Assembly: GCA_963754875.1 (NCBI GenBank)
Contig: CAVWHO010000016.1
Coordinates: 576,001-640,000, forward strand
DNA: 64,000 nucleotides
Source of the DNA: Nitrospirota bacterium
Lineage (GTDB): Bacteria > Nitrospirota > UBA9217
Reading direction: 5' to 3'
Position numbers and translations under genes: made by a program. Shown piece by piece: positions 1 through 10,079 of this stretch (position 1 is the stretch's first letter; each line of letters opens with the position of its first letter). The notes beneath the pieces were generated by a model, which worked only from the letters and a program-made list of their open reading frames with translations, made no database searches and was not told the origin of the DNA.

Positions 1-25
1 TTCGAGGGATAACGATAACAAGGCC

Positions 26-1147
26 TCATCCCGAAATACTCACCCCGATCAGACGCCCGATCAGGAAAACCGATGCGGCGGCAACAAGGCCGAAGAGCAC
101 TTGGCGAACGCCCGAGTAAATCACCGAACGGCCGGTGAAGAGCGTAATGGCGGAGCCAATGGCGAAGAGCCCGACAGCGCTCACGCCCGCGCTCACCGTG
201 ACGGCCACAGTCCCTTTTAAAAAAAGAAAAGGAATGACCGGCACGATCGCCCCTGCAGCAAAGAGCAGGAACGAGGTGATGGCCGCTTGCCAGGCCGAGC
301 CTCCCAGGTCCTCGGGGTTCACGCCGAGTTCGTCGCGGGCAAGCGTGTCGAGCGCGCTCGCGGGATTGCTCATGAGCCGAGTCGCGAGCATCCGAGCCGT
401 TTCCTCGTCCATGCCGCGGGCCTGGTAAATCAGGACGAGTTCCTCCGTTTCTTCTTCGGGTACCGTCCTGATCTCTTCGGCTTCGACGCCAATCTGTTTC
501 TCGTAGAGTTCGCGCGAGCTTTGTACCGAAATCCATTCGCCGAGCCCCATCGATATGGCTCCGGCAAGCAGTCCGGCAAAACCGGTAAGCAGGATCCCCG
601 CGCCGGAGAGCTCGGCGCCTGCCACGCCCATAACGAGGTTGAAATTGGAAAGCAGGCCGTCGCTCGCGCCCAGGACCGCCGCGCGCAACGCATTGCCGCC
701 TCCTGCCCGGTGGCGGCCTTCGATCCGTGCGAGCAGGCTGCCCTGCATGCCGCGCGGCCCCTGTTCGAGCTGGCGGAGCAGGCGTGCATGGGATTGCTCC
801 TCAGGGACCATGCCGGCTGCTTCAGACTGTCCGTCGTAAGCATGGGAGTTTTTCTGTTCCATGGACGACATCGCCGGAAGCACGGTGTCCACGCCGAAGC
901 GGCGGGCGAGCCGGATGAGAATGCGCGTTCGGAGAGACACCTGAAACTGCGGCACGTCCGCTCCCGCGTTCCTGAGTCTCTCCACCCAGGCCTCCGCGTG
1001 CTTCTCCTCGGTCCTGGCAAGCCGAAGATAGACGTCGGCAAGCTGCGCGTTCTTTTCGTACGCCGCCAAGGCCCGGTAGAGCGCTGCGCTGTTTTGCTCT
1101 TCTCGCAAGTTTGCACGATAACGCTTAATGTCTTTGTCATCAGTCAT
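26..1147 (-). CDS. VIT1/CCC1 family iron/manganese transporter with N-terminal ferritin/rubrerythrin-like domain
   Basis: ExxH motifs (EEKH, EQSH) in the N-terminal half; LRAAVLGASDGL and GAISMGLGEWISV VIT1 motifs; start at MTDD after GAGAGGA RBS. Confidence 0.85.
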   Translation of the reverse strand: MTDDKDIKRYRANLREEQNSAALYRALAAYEKNAQLADVYLRLARTEEKHAEAWVERLRNAGADVPQFQVSLRTRILIRLARRFGVDTVLPAMSSMEQKNSHAYDGQSEAAGMVPEEQSHARLLRQLEQGPRGMQGSLLARIEGRHRAGGGNALRAAVLGASDGLLSNFNLVMGVAGAELSGAGILLTGFAGLLAGAISMGLGEWISVQSSRELYEKQIGVEAEEIRTVPEEETEELVLIYQARGMDEETARMLATRLMSNPASALDTLARDELGVNPEDLGGSAWQAAITSFLLFAAGAIVPVIPFLFLKGTVAVTVSAGVSAVGLFAIGSAITLFTGRSVIYSGVRQVLFGLVAAASVFLIGRLIGVSISG

Positions 1148-1487
1148 TGTGGAGTTCCTCTCAGCACGATTAGCCTGGACAAATATACCATAGGTAAGGG
1201 GAATATAGCGTGCTTTTCGTTTCTTGGGAAAACCCGAAACGAATCCAAGCAATGGCGCTAAAACCGGGACACGTCTTTCGTGCATCTGCATGAGAACTCT
1301 TTACGCCACGGACCGTTAACATTCCTCAAGATGCCTTACGTGCTTTTTCGTAGACCTGTGGTGTGATACCTTTTCGATCCTCTCGTATCGTGTTGGTCTT
1401 TCAAAATCTCACAAAGAGATTGCGAATCGCCGAAAAATTAAATATACTAACAGCATGCACACTTGGTCATGCAGGGAGATCAGATAG

Positions 1488-2396
1488 ATGAGCATTCTCG
1501 ACACAATCGGCAACACGCCGCTTGCACCATTGGACAAGATCAACCCGAACCCAAAGGTCCGGCTCTACGCAAAACTCGAAGGGAACAACCCCGGCGGGTC
1601 GGTGAAGGACCGCATTGCCTGGTACATGGTCAAGACCGCGGAAGAGGAAGGCAAGCTTGCAAGGGGCTCGACCATTCTCGAAGCAACGTCAGGCAATACC
1701 GGCATCGGCCTTGCCATGGTCGGAACGGCCAAAGGATACAAGGTCAAGCTCGTGATGCCCGAGTGCGTGAGCATGGAACGACGAAAAATTCTCGAAGCCT
1801 TCGGCGCCGAACTCATCTTGAGCCCCGGGAACGAAGGGACCGACGGCGCGATCCGACTCGCGCATAGGATCTACGACGAGCACCGAAACGGGTACTTCAT
1901 GCCGAACCAGTTCGACAACCCGTCCAATGTAAAGGCACATTACGAGACAACGGGAAAAGAGATTTATGAACAGACCAACGGCGAGGTATCCGTCTTCGTC
2001 GCGGGCATGGGCACGACGGGCACGCTCATGGGCGCGGGCAGGAGGCTGAAGGACTTCAACAGTTCGATTACGATCCTCGGCGTGGAGCCGAACCTCGGTC
2101 ACAAGATCCAGGGCCTCAAAAACATGACCGAGGCCATTGTCCCGAAGATCTTTGATCCAAGCATGCTGGACGAAAAATGGAACGTGCTGGACGACGACGC
2201 GTTCACTACCACGCGCAGGCTGGCACTCGAAGAGGGCCTGTTCGTGGGCATGAGCAGCGGCGCCGCCATGTGGGCTGCGATCAAGAAGGCGAAGGAGATG
2301 CAGGACGGGACCATCGTCGTGATCCTGCCGGACCGCGGGGACCGGTATCTGAGCACCGCGCTGTTCACCTCGGTCTGCGCCCAGTGTCCGCCGTGA
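1488..2396 (+). CDS. cysM: Cysteine synthase (PLP-dependent, CysM/CysK family)
   Basis: IGNTPL, KLEGNNPGGSVKDR (PLP lysine), EATSGNTGIGLA, GMGTTGT, PDRGDRYLS. Confidence 0.9.
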   Translation: MSILDTIGNTPLAPLDKINPNPKVRLYAKLEGNNPGGSVKDRIAWYMVKTAEEEGKLARGSTILEATSGNTGIGLAMVGTAKGYKVKLVMPECVSMERRKILEAFGAELILSPGNEGTDGAIRLAHRIYDEHRNGYFMPNQFDNPSNVKAHYETTGKEIYEQTNGEVSVFVAGMGTTGTLMGAGRRLKDFNSSITILGVEPNLGHKIQGLKNMTEAIVPKIFDPSMLDEKWNVLDDDAFTTTRRLALEEGLFVGMSSGAAMWAAIKKAKEMQDGTIVVILPDRGDRYLSTALFTSVCAQCPP

Positions 2397-2457
2397 AAAC
2401 CCCTGAGTTAAATGTCAAGTTTATCGCAATCTGAGTTCGGGAGCAAAGGAGGTCGTT

Positions 2458-3068
2458 ATGCTCAAAAAATTCGTCATCGCTGCAGCCATCATCGTTCTTG
2501 GCGGTGTCTTTTTCGCTGCTTATCTCATTTTTTCCCCCCAGGGCCGGACGTGAGCCAGTATGAATCCCTGAAGCAGCCGCGCATGACGAAGATGGCGGAC
2601 GAGAAAATGCTGGTCGTCACGGCCAAGGGCGACCCGAATGAGGTGGCAAACAAGGCCTTCTCGTTGCTGTTCAAAACGTATTTTAAGATCCCTGGTGTTC
2701 AGAAAAGTATGCACGTGGCTCCCCGTGCGAGGTGGGAAGGCGACATGAACGTGAAGTCCTCCTGGACCGGTTATTACGCCATGCCAGTTCCTGCGCAGAC
2801 AAGCTCTCTTCCCGAAGTCCAGTCAGAACCGGGCCTCAAGGTGGAACTCACTACCTGGGAATACGGCGATGTTGCCGAGATTCTCCACGTCGGCCCTTAT
2901 AACGAAGAAACGCCGACTATCGAACGACTTCATCAATTCATAAAACAGCAGGGCTACGAAGTCATAGGTTTTCACGAGGAAGAGTATGTGAAAGGCCCGA
3001 GCATGATCCTGAGGGGCGATCCGGCAAAATACGCGACGATCATCCGATACCGGGTCAAAAAGAAGTAG
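2458..3068 (+). CDS. GyrI-like small-molecule-binding protein with N-terminal membrane anchor (one frameshift near 2540)
   Basis: AAAGGAGG RBS then ATG 2458 (MLKKFVIAAAIIVLGGVFFAAYLIF) in a different frame from the ILHVGPYNEE...HEEEY...TIIRY GyrI-like body. Confidence 0.7.
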
Positions 3069-3099
3069 TAACGTCACGCCTTTTTCGAGGAGGTGAACA

Positions 3100-3534
3100 A
3101 TGGCACGCATAGGAATCTTGACCTGTTCGAACGCAACACAGGACCTCGGATGCGCATCGACAATCTGCCTCTCTGATTTGCGCAAGCGCAAGGGTACCTT
3201 TGCGGAGTATCCCGCTGATAAGCCGCTGGACCTCGTGGGTATCATCAACTGTCCCGGCTGCCCCACCCTCACCGGGCCGGACAAGCTGCTTCAGCGCATC
3301 CGCGCGCTCACCGGGTTCCACCTTGATGCCCTTCACTTCACCAACTGCATACAAGCGCTTTGCCCATTCAAGGAAAAATACGTAAGTGCCTTGACCGAGG
3401 CCTTTCCCGATATCAAGATCGTCATCGGCACACACCAGGAGCATATTACTCCGGTGCAATTCCGGGGAAGAGTAAAGCGGCTCTTCTGCCAGCCTCGTAA
3501 GACCATGGTGGACATGATACAGGACAAGGACTGA
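3100..3534 (+). CDS. CGGC domain-containing protein (putative metal/Fe-S binding)
   Basis: IGILTC...GC...CL...GIINCPGCP...LHFTNC...CP...GTH pattern; GGAGGTG RBS. Confidence 0.8.
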   Translation: MARIGILTCSNATQDLGCASTICLSDLRKRKGTFAEYPADKPLDLVGIINCPGCPTLTGPDKLLQRIRALTGFHLDALHFTNCIQALCPFKEKYVSALTEAFPDIKIVIGTHQEHITPVQFRGRVKRLFCQPRKTMVDMIQDKD

Positions 3535-3661
3535 GTGTCCTTTGTGAAGAAAAATCAACTCCACACAATACGCAGACTTGGGTGGAATCAGGAAAGAGAA
3601 GTTACGGACCAGGCCGACCGGACCGCCCTGTTCATGCCCGCGGGCGGGGCCTGCTTTTGAT

Positions 3662-4204
3662 ATGGATAAAATGAAGTTTTCATACAGCATAATTCGGGTG
3701 GCCGTCTTAGCGCTCACCCTTGCCCTGTCAGGATGCACATTCACTAAATTGATGACCACCCGGTTAGAGAAGCCAACCTTCACCTATACGGGAACCGCAC
3801 TGGTCGAGGCCTCGCAAAGCAGGGCAATCGTAAACTTTCTGTTCTTCGCGCATAATCCGAATGAAGCTGGATTGAAGAACGTAACCTGCTCGTATGGTCT
3901 TTCTGTTAAGGGGAAAAAGTTCCTGACGGGGGACGACATTCCTTTGACGCTTAACCCGAAAGGCGACACGGAGATCACAGTCCCTGCAACAATCGTTTAT
4001 ACGGACCTCTTTCCGGTTCTGGGGTCGGTCGTACAACTTATTTTATCAGGCCAAAAAACAATACCCATAACGATCGACGCCGTTTTTTCCGGCAAACCCG
4101 CGATCTATAGCGAAGCAGGAAAAGAAAAACCGATTTTCTTCGAGAGGAGATTGATCAAGACTGTCGAGATTCCTTTGCCGCAAGAGAGAGAAAGCAGAGA
4201 ATAG
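3662..4204 (+). CDS. LEA type 2 (WHy) family lipoprotein
   Basis: Lipobox LSGC after a hydrophobic stretch; HNPN motif; start codon uncertain (3662 or 3671). Confidence 0.65.
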   Translation: MDKMKFSYSIIRVAVLALTLALSGCTFTKLMTTRLEKPTFTYTGTALVEASQSRAIVNFLFFAHNPNEAGLKNVTCSYGLSVKGKKFLTGDDIPLTLNPKGDTEITVPATIVYTDLFPVLGSVVQLILSGQKTIPITIDAVFSGKPAIYSEAGKEKPIFFERRLIKTVEIPLPQERESRE

Positions 4205-4386
4205 TGAAATTCGATTACCGCGGGCTTTAGTCCTGGTGTGGTTCGTTTTAAAAAAAACGGTGCAACCTTTCACTATCAATCGTGTCTAATTATATGTATA
4301 ATGCTACATATTTTTTACGAAATCAATCGACGAGAATCAGGTGCTCGCCAGCGACCACAAAGTACACAGAGAAAGGAGCTGCGGCT

Positions 4387-5742
4387 GTGAAGAGGACCTT
4401 CATAAAATGCTTTTTGCCGGCATTTGTTGTGTGCATTTCGGTGCTCCTGTCCGTTCAGGCCTGGGCGGATGACCAGGACCTGACATACTCAATATCATTC
4501 ACGAATGATGAGCTTGATAACCTCCTTGCACCCATTGCACTCTACCCGGACCCTCTGCTCGCCCAGATACTCCCGGCGTCGACGTATCCGGCAGAAGTTG
4601 CCGATGCGGAAACGTGGCTAAAGAGCGGCGGGGATGTTTCAAACATTGACGAGCAGGATTGGGCTGAGCCCGTCAGGGCAATTGCCCACTATCCGAACAT
4701 TCTTCAAATGATGGCCGGGGATATGGATTGGACTGCCAACCTGGGAGACGCCTTTCTCAACCAGCCGGAAGACGTGACCGATTCGATCCAGCGGCTCAGG
4801 TGGCGAGCGAGGGCTGTCGGCAATCTAACCAGTAATGCGGAACAAGACGTGATTATCGAAGGAGACTATATCCAGATTGTTCCAGCCCAACCTCAGTACC
4901 TCTATGTCCCTCAGTATGACACTTCAGTTGTCTATGTCCAATCTCCGGCCACGAGTATATCGCCGTTCATCACCTTTGGCTTTGGCCTGGTAATTGGGGA
5001 CTGGTTGAGCATGGACTTTGACTGGGGTCACCACCATGTGATCTATCATGGTTGGAACCGCCCAGGGTGGGTCAATCATGCAAGGCCGTATGTTCACGTG
5101 AGGAATGTTTATATCAACAGAAGCAGGCCCTTCATAAATCAGACATGGAGGCATGATAGATCACACGGTGACCCCGCCAGGTATTTGGCATCACGTCCCA
5201 GTGGTCCGAACGCCGACAGGTATGCACGCATGGGAGAAGCCAGGGGGAACACTACGATACAGCCCAGGCCCGGCGGAGGGATGTACGGCCCCGGAGGGGA
5301 CGCCCGCGCATACAGCAATCGCGGCCGGGAAAGCCGCGGTACTGTCAATCAGCAGCCTGCGCAATCGACTCCTCGTATCAGTCGACGGCAGACCATACCG
5401 ACTCCAAATGTCCGCGAGCAACGAACAATGCCGACGCCATATGCCGGTCGACGGGCGACAATCCCGGTTCCAGGCATCAGTCAGCAGCGGACGCCGGTTA
5501 CTCCACATGTCAGCAGTAGCGGCTCGAATCAGCCCAGTTCTGCGCGAACGGTCCAGCAGCCTGCCAGGACACCATCAGTTACTTTTGGCGGTTACCGGGG
5601 AGCAGGTGAAGTTAAGACGCAGAGCCTTCGCGGCCAGACCAGCCGTCAAAGCGTCGAACGAGCACGGCCTTCCGCTCCCCCAGTAAGCAGAGGCAGTGTT
5701 CCTGCGGGCAGGGGTGACTCCGGTGACCGGCAACGCCGGTAG
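4387..5742 (+). CDS. DUF3300 domain-containing secreted protein with R/P/G-rich disordered tail
   Basis: ELDNLLAPIALYPDPLLAQILPASTYP and LGDAFLNQPEDVTDSIQRLR motifs; GTG start after AAAGGAG. Confidence 0.85.
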   Translation: MKRTFIKCFLPAFVVCISVLLSVQAWADDQDLTYSISFTNDELDNLLAPIALYPDPLLAQILPASTYPAEVADAETWLKSGGDVSNIDEQDWAEPVRAIAHYPNILQMMAGDMDWTANLGDAFLNQPEDVTDSIQRLRWRARAVGNLTSNAEQDVIIEGDYIQIVPAQPQYLYVPQYDTSVVYVQSPATSISPFITFGFGLVIGDWLSMDFDWGHHHVIYHGWNRPGWVNHARPYVHVRNVYINRSRPFINQTWRHDRSHGDPARYLASRPSGPNADRYARMGEARGNTTIQPRPGGGMYGPGGDARAYSNRGRESRGTVNQQPAQSTPRISRRQTIPTPNVREQRTMPTPYAGRRATIPVPGISQQRTPVTPHVSSSGSNQPSSARTVQQPARTPSVTFGGYRGAGEVKTQSLRGQTSRQSVERARPSAPPVSRGSVPAGRGDSGDRQRR

Positions 5743-5809
5743 CAAAGTCGGGTTTGCTCAACTAATTTCTGTAGCACGGAATATCGTGAATTAAGAAAGG
5801 AAAAAAATC

Positions 5810-6775
5810 ATGGAGACGAGGCGACAAAAATCTCTCTTCCGTTCATCGCGGGGCACGTTTTCTATTGCTGCGTTTTTGCTTTGCGCAACGTTTATCCTTG
5901 CGTGGAGCATGCCGCTCATGGCGGCACCGCAAAAACTTTTTTCCTCTCCCGAAGATGCCTTGAAGGGACTCGTTGAGGCTGTCAAGACAAAAGACAAGGC
6001 TGCACTCGATCAGATATTCGGGCCCGCCGCAAAAGACCTTCGATCCAGTGACGAGGTGCAGTCCGCCGCCGAATTTAAGGAATTTACCAAACATGTGGCG
6101 GAGAAAATTAGCCTCGTGAAAGAGAATGATTCAAAGGTGATCATTTACATAGGCAACGAGAACTGGCCATTCCCGATTCCCCTGGTAAAAATGAACGACC
6201 AATGGTTTTTTGATACCGAAGCGGGCAAAGACGAGATCTTGAACCGCAGGATCGGGGAAGACGAACTCACTGCCATACTGGTCTGTCATACATACGTCAA
6301 GGCACAGCACGAGTATGTTCTGAAGGACTGGGATGAAGACGGGATCCTTGCGTATGCACAGAAACTTCGGAGTGATCCCGGCAAGAAGAACGGTCTCTTC
6401 TGGAGGCACGCACCAGGCGAAGCAGTGAGCCCCTTGGGTGAACTCGTGGCACAGGCCAGGGTAGAGGGCTATAAGAAGGAAAAGTCTGTGTTCAAGGAAC
6501 AGCCGGTGCCGTTTCATGGCTACTATTTCAAGATACTGACAGAACAGGGAGAGCACGCGCCGGGCGGAAAATACAATTACATTATCAATGGCAATATGGT
6601 CGGTGGCTTCGGCCTGGTCGCATTTCCGGCAAACTGGGGCACGTCGGGGGTGATGGCCTTTATCGTCAACCAGCAAGGCAAGGTTTTTCAGAAAAACCTC
6701 GGACCGGACACCTTGAAGATCGCTCAGGAGATGCAATCGTACGATCCGGACGAAACTTGGACACCGGCTAAGTAA
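5810..6775 (+). CDS. DUF2950 family protein
   Basis: FSSPEDA, IGNENWPFPIPL, EILNRRIGEDE, PFHGYYFKIL, FIVNQQGKV; directly follows DUF3300 as is typical. Confidence 0.85.
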   Translation: METRRQKSLFRSSRGTFSIAAFLLCATFILAWSMPLMAAPQKLFSSPEDALKGLVEAVKTKDKAALDQIFGPAAKDLRSSDEVQSAAEFKEFTKHVAEKISLVKENDSKVIIYIGNENWPFPIPLVKMNDQWFFDTEAGKDEILNRRIGEDELTAILVCHTYVKAQHEYVLKDWDEDGILAYAQKLRSDPGKKNGLFWRHAPGEAVSPLGELVAQARVEGYKKEKSVFKEQPVPFHGYYFKILTEQGEHAPGGKYNYIINGNMVGGFGLVAFPANWGTSGVMAFIVNQQGKVFQKNLGPDTLKIAQEMQSYDPDETWTPAK

Positions 6776-6916
6776 TGAGGTCTTATAGATCTCGACATTA
6801 GCGAACCCGGACGGGAGGATCAAAAAGCCCTTCTCAGAGATTAAGCAGGATTTAGGCTAAAATATATCAAGAAAGAGATCTTGTAGGGCTTTGGCGAAAA
6901 ATGAAAGGTACAAAAA

Positions 6917-7840
6917 ATGAAAAGAATACTCACTATAGTGCTGGTGGCATTGTGGGTCTTGGTTTTAATGCCTGCAGGTATCCAGGCGCAATCCGAGCAG
7001 GTAATAGGAGGAGAACAAACTCCAATTGCTCAGCCATTGGTCAGGGAAGGAGATTTGGCAGTCAAACTTGTTGATGCGCTTAAACTGGGAAAAGCTACCA
7101 GCGAGGCTGAAGCAGAGAGTATGCTTGGAAATGCCGGTATCGCGCCTCGGAACGGGTGGATTGCTGATTACCCGGTTACGCCTGACGTTATCGGAGAGTT
7201 GACGCAGTCAATAAGCGCAGCGGCTGAATCCAAGAGCCTGAAAATGGGGAGAGGTGAAGCTTTGCAGGCATTTCAGGATGTTACGGCTGGGGTCAACTTA
7301 GCCGTCAGGAGTGGTACTCCTGGACAGACGTCCCAGCAAGGTCCAAGGAATCTCACTGCACCTGATACTACCGTGATAAACAACTATTACAACGACCAAG
7401 GCCCGCCGGCTGTGACCTACTACCCCCCTCCTTCGGATTACGTTTACTTATACGCATGGGTCCCGTATCCTTTCTGGGGATGGAATTTTTGGTTTCCCGG
7501 ATTTTACATCCTCAACGATTTCCACAGGGTGGTCCATGTCCATGATAGGGTGGAAGTCATCTCCAATCATTTCGTTGACCACCGCACGAACAGGGTTGTT
7601 CGAATTGATCCTTTGAGGAGATTCAACGGACGGACTTTTGCAGGCATCGGTGCACCGCACGATGCAAGACGCTTTTACCCTGGAATGCGAGGAGGGAACG
7701 AAACAATATTTAGAGGCTCCCGCGAACGGGCTATGACAGAGGGCAGGAGAGCGTATTTGCCGCCTTCCCGAGAAGGTAGGCAAGGCCGTCAGCCTTCTGG
7801 TGGCGATAGAACACCGTACGGGGAGAGAAGAGAACGTTAA
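6917..7840 (+). CDS. Hypothetical secreted protein with Y/P/W-rich middle and R/G-rich tail
   Basis: Signal peptide ending AQS; 307-codon ORF with an RBS-like purine run. Confidence 0.65.
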   Translation: MKRILTIVLVALWVLVLMPAGIQAQSEQVIGGEQTPIAQPLVREGDLAVKLVDALKLGKATSEAEAESMLGNAGIAPRNGWIADYPVTPDVIGELTQSISAAAESKSLKMGRGEALQAFQDVTAGVNLAVRSGTPGQTSQQGPRNLTAPDTTVINNYYNDQGPPAVTYYPPPSDYVYLYAWVPYPFWGWNFWFPGFYILNDFHRVVHVHDRVEVISNHFVDHRTNRVVRIDPLRRFNGRTFAGIGAPHDARRFYPGMRGGNETIFRGSRERAMTEGRRAYLPPSREGRQGRQPSGGDRTPYGERRER

Positions 7841-8101
7841 CCAAAGAATGCAGCACATGCGCAATAAAACCGCGCCGTAGCTTCGTCATATTGAGGCAAG
7901 TTATAACCTGTGATTCCAGAGACATAGTATCAAGTGCCAGGAAAGATAGTAAGGGGCAGGCTCGCTTTCCTATGCGCCTTGCGCTGATATTTTAAAGAGG
8001 AAATTGTAAAACTTCTCCATAAGCCTGCCAGCACGACCGTTAGGCACTTTCGCTGCTATAATTTGAACAGGCAACCGGGAATGCTTCGAGAGGAGATTTT
8101 T

Positions 8102-8668
8102 ATGAAAAAGATTCTATCTCTGTCAACATTAATGGTGCTGCTTTGCTTCACCCCGGCGATCGCAAAGGAGGGGCCGTATCTGGGAGCGGCCGTCGTCTAT
8201 AATGACCCCGTTAGTTCAGACATTAATGACATAAAACCGGCTGTCGGCTATGACTTCAAGTTCGGATATAATTTCGGACCGGTCGCTTTTGAAGGCAACA
8301 TCATTGGTTCGAGCCATGGTGATAAGTTGCAGGGATTCGGTACAGCGGATTTCAGCGGCTTCAGCCTCGATGCACGTATTTTTGTCTCTCCCTACGATGA
8401 TCCGAATCAGTTTTATTTTCTGGTTGGCCTGGGGTCCTATTCAATAGATCAATTCAGTACCATTAACGGCGATACGACATTGAGCGGAAGCGGAGTAAAT
8501 TTCGGCGTCGGACTGGAGCACTATCTGAATGAACGGCTTTCTTTGAATATAGGGGTCCTGTACAGGATCATAAAATACGACGAGTTCGATGCCGGAGGGA
8601 TAGCATACTCTGCCGATATTAAGGGTGATACGTTGTCAATCGAGACCGGGCTTAATTTCCATTTTTAA
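8102..8668 (+). CDS. Outer membrane beta-barrel protein (8-stranded, OmpA-like transmembrane domain)
   Basis: Signal peptide, alternating amphipathic strands, C-terminal GLNFHF; GAGGAG RBS. Confidence 0.8.
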   Translation: MKKILSLSTLMVLLCFTPAIAKEGPYLGAAVVYNDPVSSDINDIKPAVGYDFKFGYNFGPVAFEGNIIGSSHGDKLQGFGTADFSGFSLDARIFVSPYDDPNQFYFLVGLGSYSIDQFSTINGDTTLSGSGVNFGVGLEHYLNERLSLNIGVLYRIIKYDEFDAGGIAYSADIKGDTLSIETGLNFHF

Positions 8669-8822
8669 AATCTTGGCTTCCTGTGTCATGTGGAGAATGC
8701 CCGTTGTAGTTTACAGCAAACTCTCCATCCTGCCGTCCTTACATTTGCCATTCTTGTAAACCCACAAGTTCATATAGCAGTCGTTAACATTGTACCCAAA
8801 AATGTTTACCCATTCGCGGTGG

Positions 8823-8851
8823 TTGACAGCTTACCAAAACAGACATATAAT
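8823..8851 (+). promoter_or_regulatory. Consensus sigma70 promoter
   Basis: TTGACA (8823-8828), 17-nt spacer, TATAAT (8846-8851). Confidence 0.75.
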
Positions 8852-9021
8852 CGTGACAAAAATATGCAAATACTTATTCTACGAGCAACTTCGATGAAAC
8901 ATTGTCAAATACATTATTGCGTAGGGCGCCGTTAAACGCCCAGCGATGCCACGGTATTCTTCAATAGAGCTCAAGCTATAACCCGGATATCTAGTCAATG
9001 CTGATCAGAGAGGATTATCGC

Positions 9022-9177
9022 ATGAACATCATCGCACTAAACGGAAGCGCGAGAAAGAACGGGAACACGGCAACGCTGCTTGAAAAGGCCCTTGAAGGCG
9101 CTGCATCGAGGGGAGCCAAGACAGAACTTGTTCATTTGTATGATTTGAAATGGGTGTCAGATTCACCAAAACAGTAA
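9022..9177 (+). pseudogene. Truncated flavodoxin / NADPH-dependent FMN reductase family gene (5' remnant)
   Basis: Manual translation MNIIALNGSARKNGNTATLLEKALEGAASRGAKTELVHLYDLK then early stop; GAGAGGA RBS. Confidence 0.75.
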
Positions 9178-9309
9178 GCTGATGGTACGCAACATGATCT
9201 TTTCCTATTACAATAAAATATCAACCACTCAAAAAAGCATCTGCCATAAGAGCGACGAGATCCATGCCGTCCCGTTGCCTGATATCTACGAATGACAGGA
9301 GCACAAACA

Positions 9310-9753
9310 ATGTCAGCATTTGTATGTTACAACAGAAAAAGTCTCGAAACCTTGTTGCCGCATAGGGGAGCGGCACTCAGAAAAATCGACGGGGTGTTTT
9401 ACAATGCCGGTGCTCCTAACATGCTGATCGGACTCAAAGAGATCGGGATGGATGATCCGGATTTAGAAGGCCATTTTCCACAAGCGCCTACTTATCCGGG
9501 ATACGCGCAAGACGAATTTGTGTGCCTCGTAGCTGCGGCACTCATTCCGATCGCGGTTGAAGGATTGAAGACGGATCCACACGTTGTTCAGAAGATCGTT
9601 CGATATAAAAAGAACGCCGTCCCCGGTGACCGGCTTATTGCCGAGGTAAGACTGAACGGAAGACGCGGTAAATTCTTCATGTTCACAGCCGATATTAAAA
9701 ATCAGAACAACGAGGTTGTCGCAGAATTTGAAAAAATCATCGGCTCGGTTTAA
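9310..9753 (+). CDS. FabZ-like hotdog-fold dehydratase
   Basis: LLPHRG, LEGHFPQAPTYPG, VRYKKNAVPGD motifs. Confidence 0.7.
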   Translation: MSAFVCYNRKSLETLLPHRGAALRKIDGVFYNAGAPNMLIGLKEIGMDDPDLEGHFPQAPTYPGYAQDEFVCLVAAALIPIAVEGLKTDPHVVQKIVRYKKNAVPGDRLIAEVRLNGRRGKFFMFTADIKNQNNEVVAEFEKIIGSV

Positions 9754-9838
9754 ATATTGCGATCTGAGGGTCAGGAAGGGATATCAGCGGAGTTCCCCTC
9801 TTTCTCCCACAGAACAACACCATGGCCGAAAAAACATC

Positions 9839-9867
9839 TTGACAGCAGAAGAGATATTCCCTATATT
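9839..9867 (+). promoter_or_regulatory. Sigma70 promoter of the attenuated methyltransferase-leuA operon
   Basis: TTGACA (9839-9844), 17-nt spacer, TATATT (9862-9867). Confidence 0.7.
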
Positions 9868-9873
9868 TATTTC

Positions 9874-9960
9874 ATGCATCCAATGAATCTCCTTACTCTT
9901 CAGCTCGTCCGCAAAGCAGCATGGCACCTTATTGCCGTGGCCGAGGGGGGATTCTATTAA
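9874..9960 (+). CDS. Putative Leu-rich leader peptide (MHPMNLLTLQLVRKAAWHLIAVAEGGFY)
   Basis: ATG at the predicted +1; four Leu codons in 9889-9906; overlaps alternative RNA stems; lies upstream of leuA. Confidence 0.6.
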   Translation: MHPMNLLTLQLVRKAAWHLIAVAEGGFY

Positions 9961-9998
9961 CTTTTTATCTATACAATAGAATAAAACAATACCCACAT

Positions 9999-10030
9999 GG
10001 CCACGGAAAATCAAATCCGTGGCCTTTTTT
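9999..10030 (+). terminator. Intrinsic terminator (attenuator 3:4 stem)
   Basis: GGCCACGGA-AAATCAAA-TCCGTGGCC followed by TTTTTT. Confidence 0.8.
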
Positions 10031-10079
10031 GTTTTCGTCCTTGGCAGCTGTAAAGTTCAACCCTTCTGGGAGGTGCACC

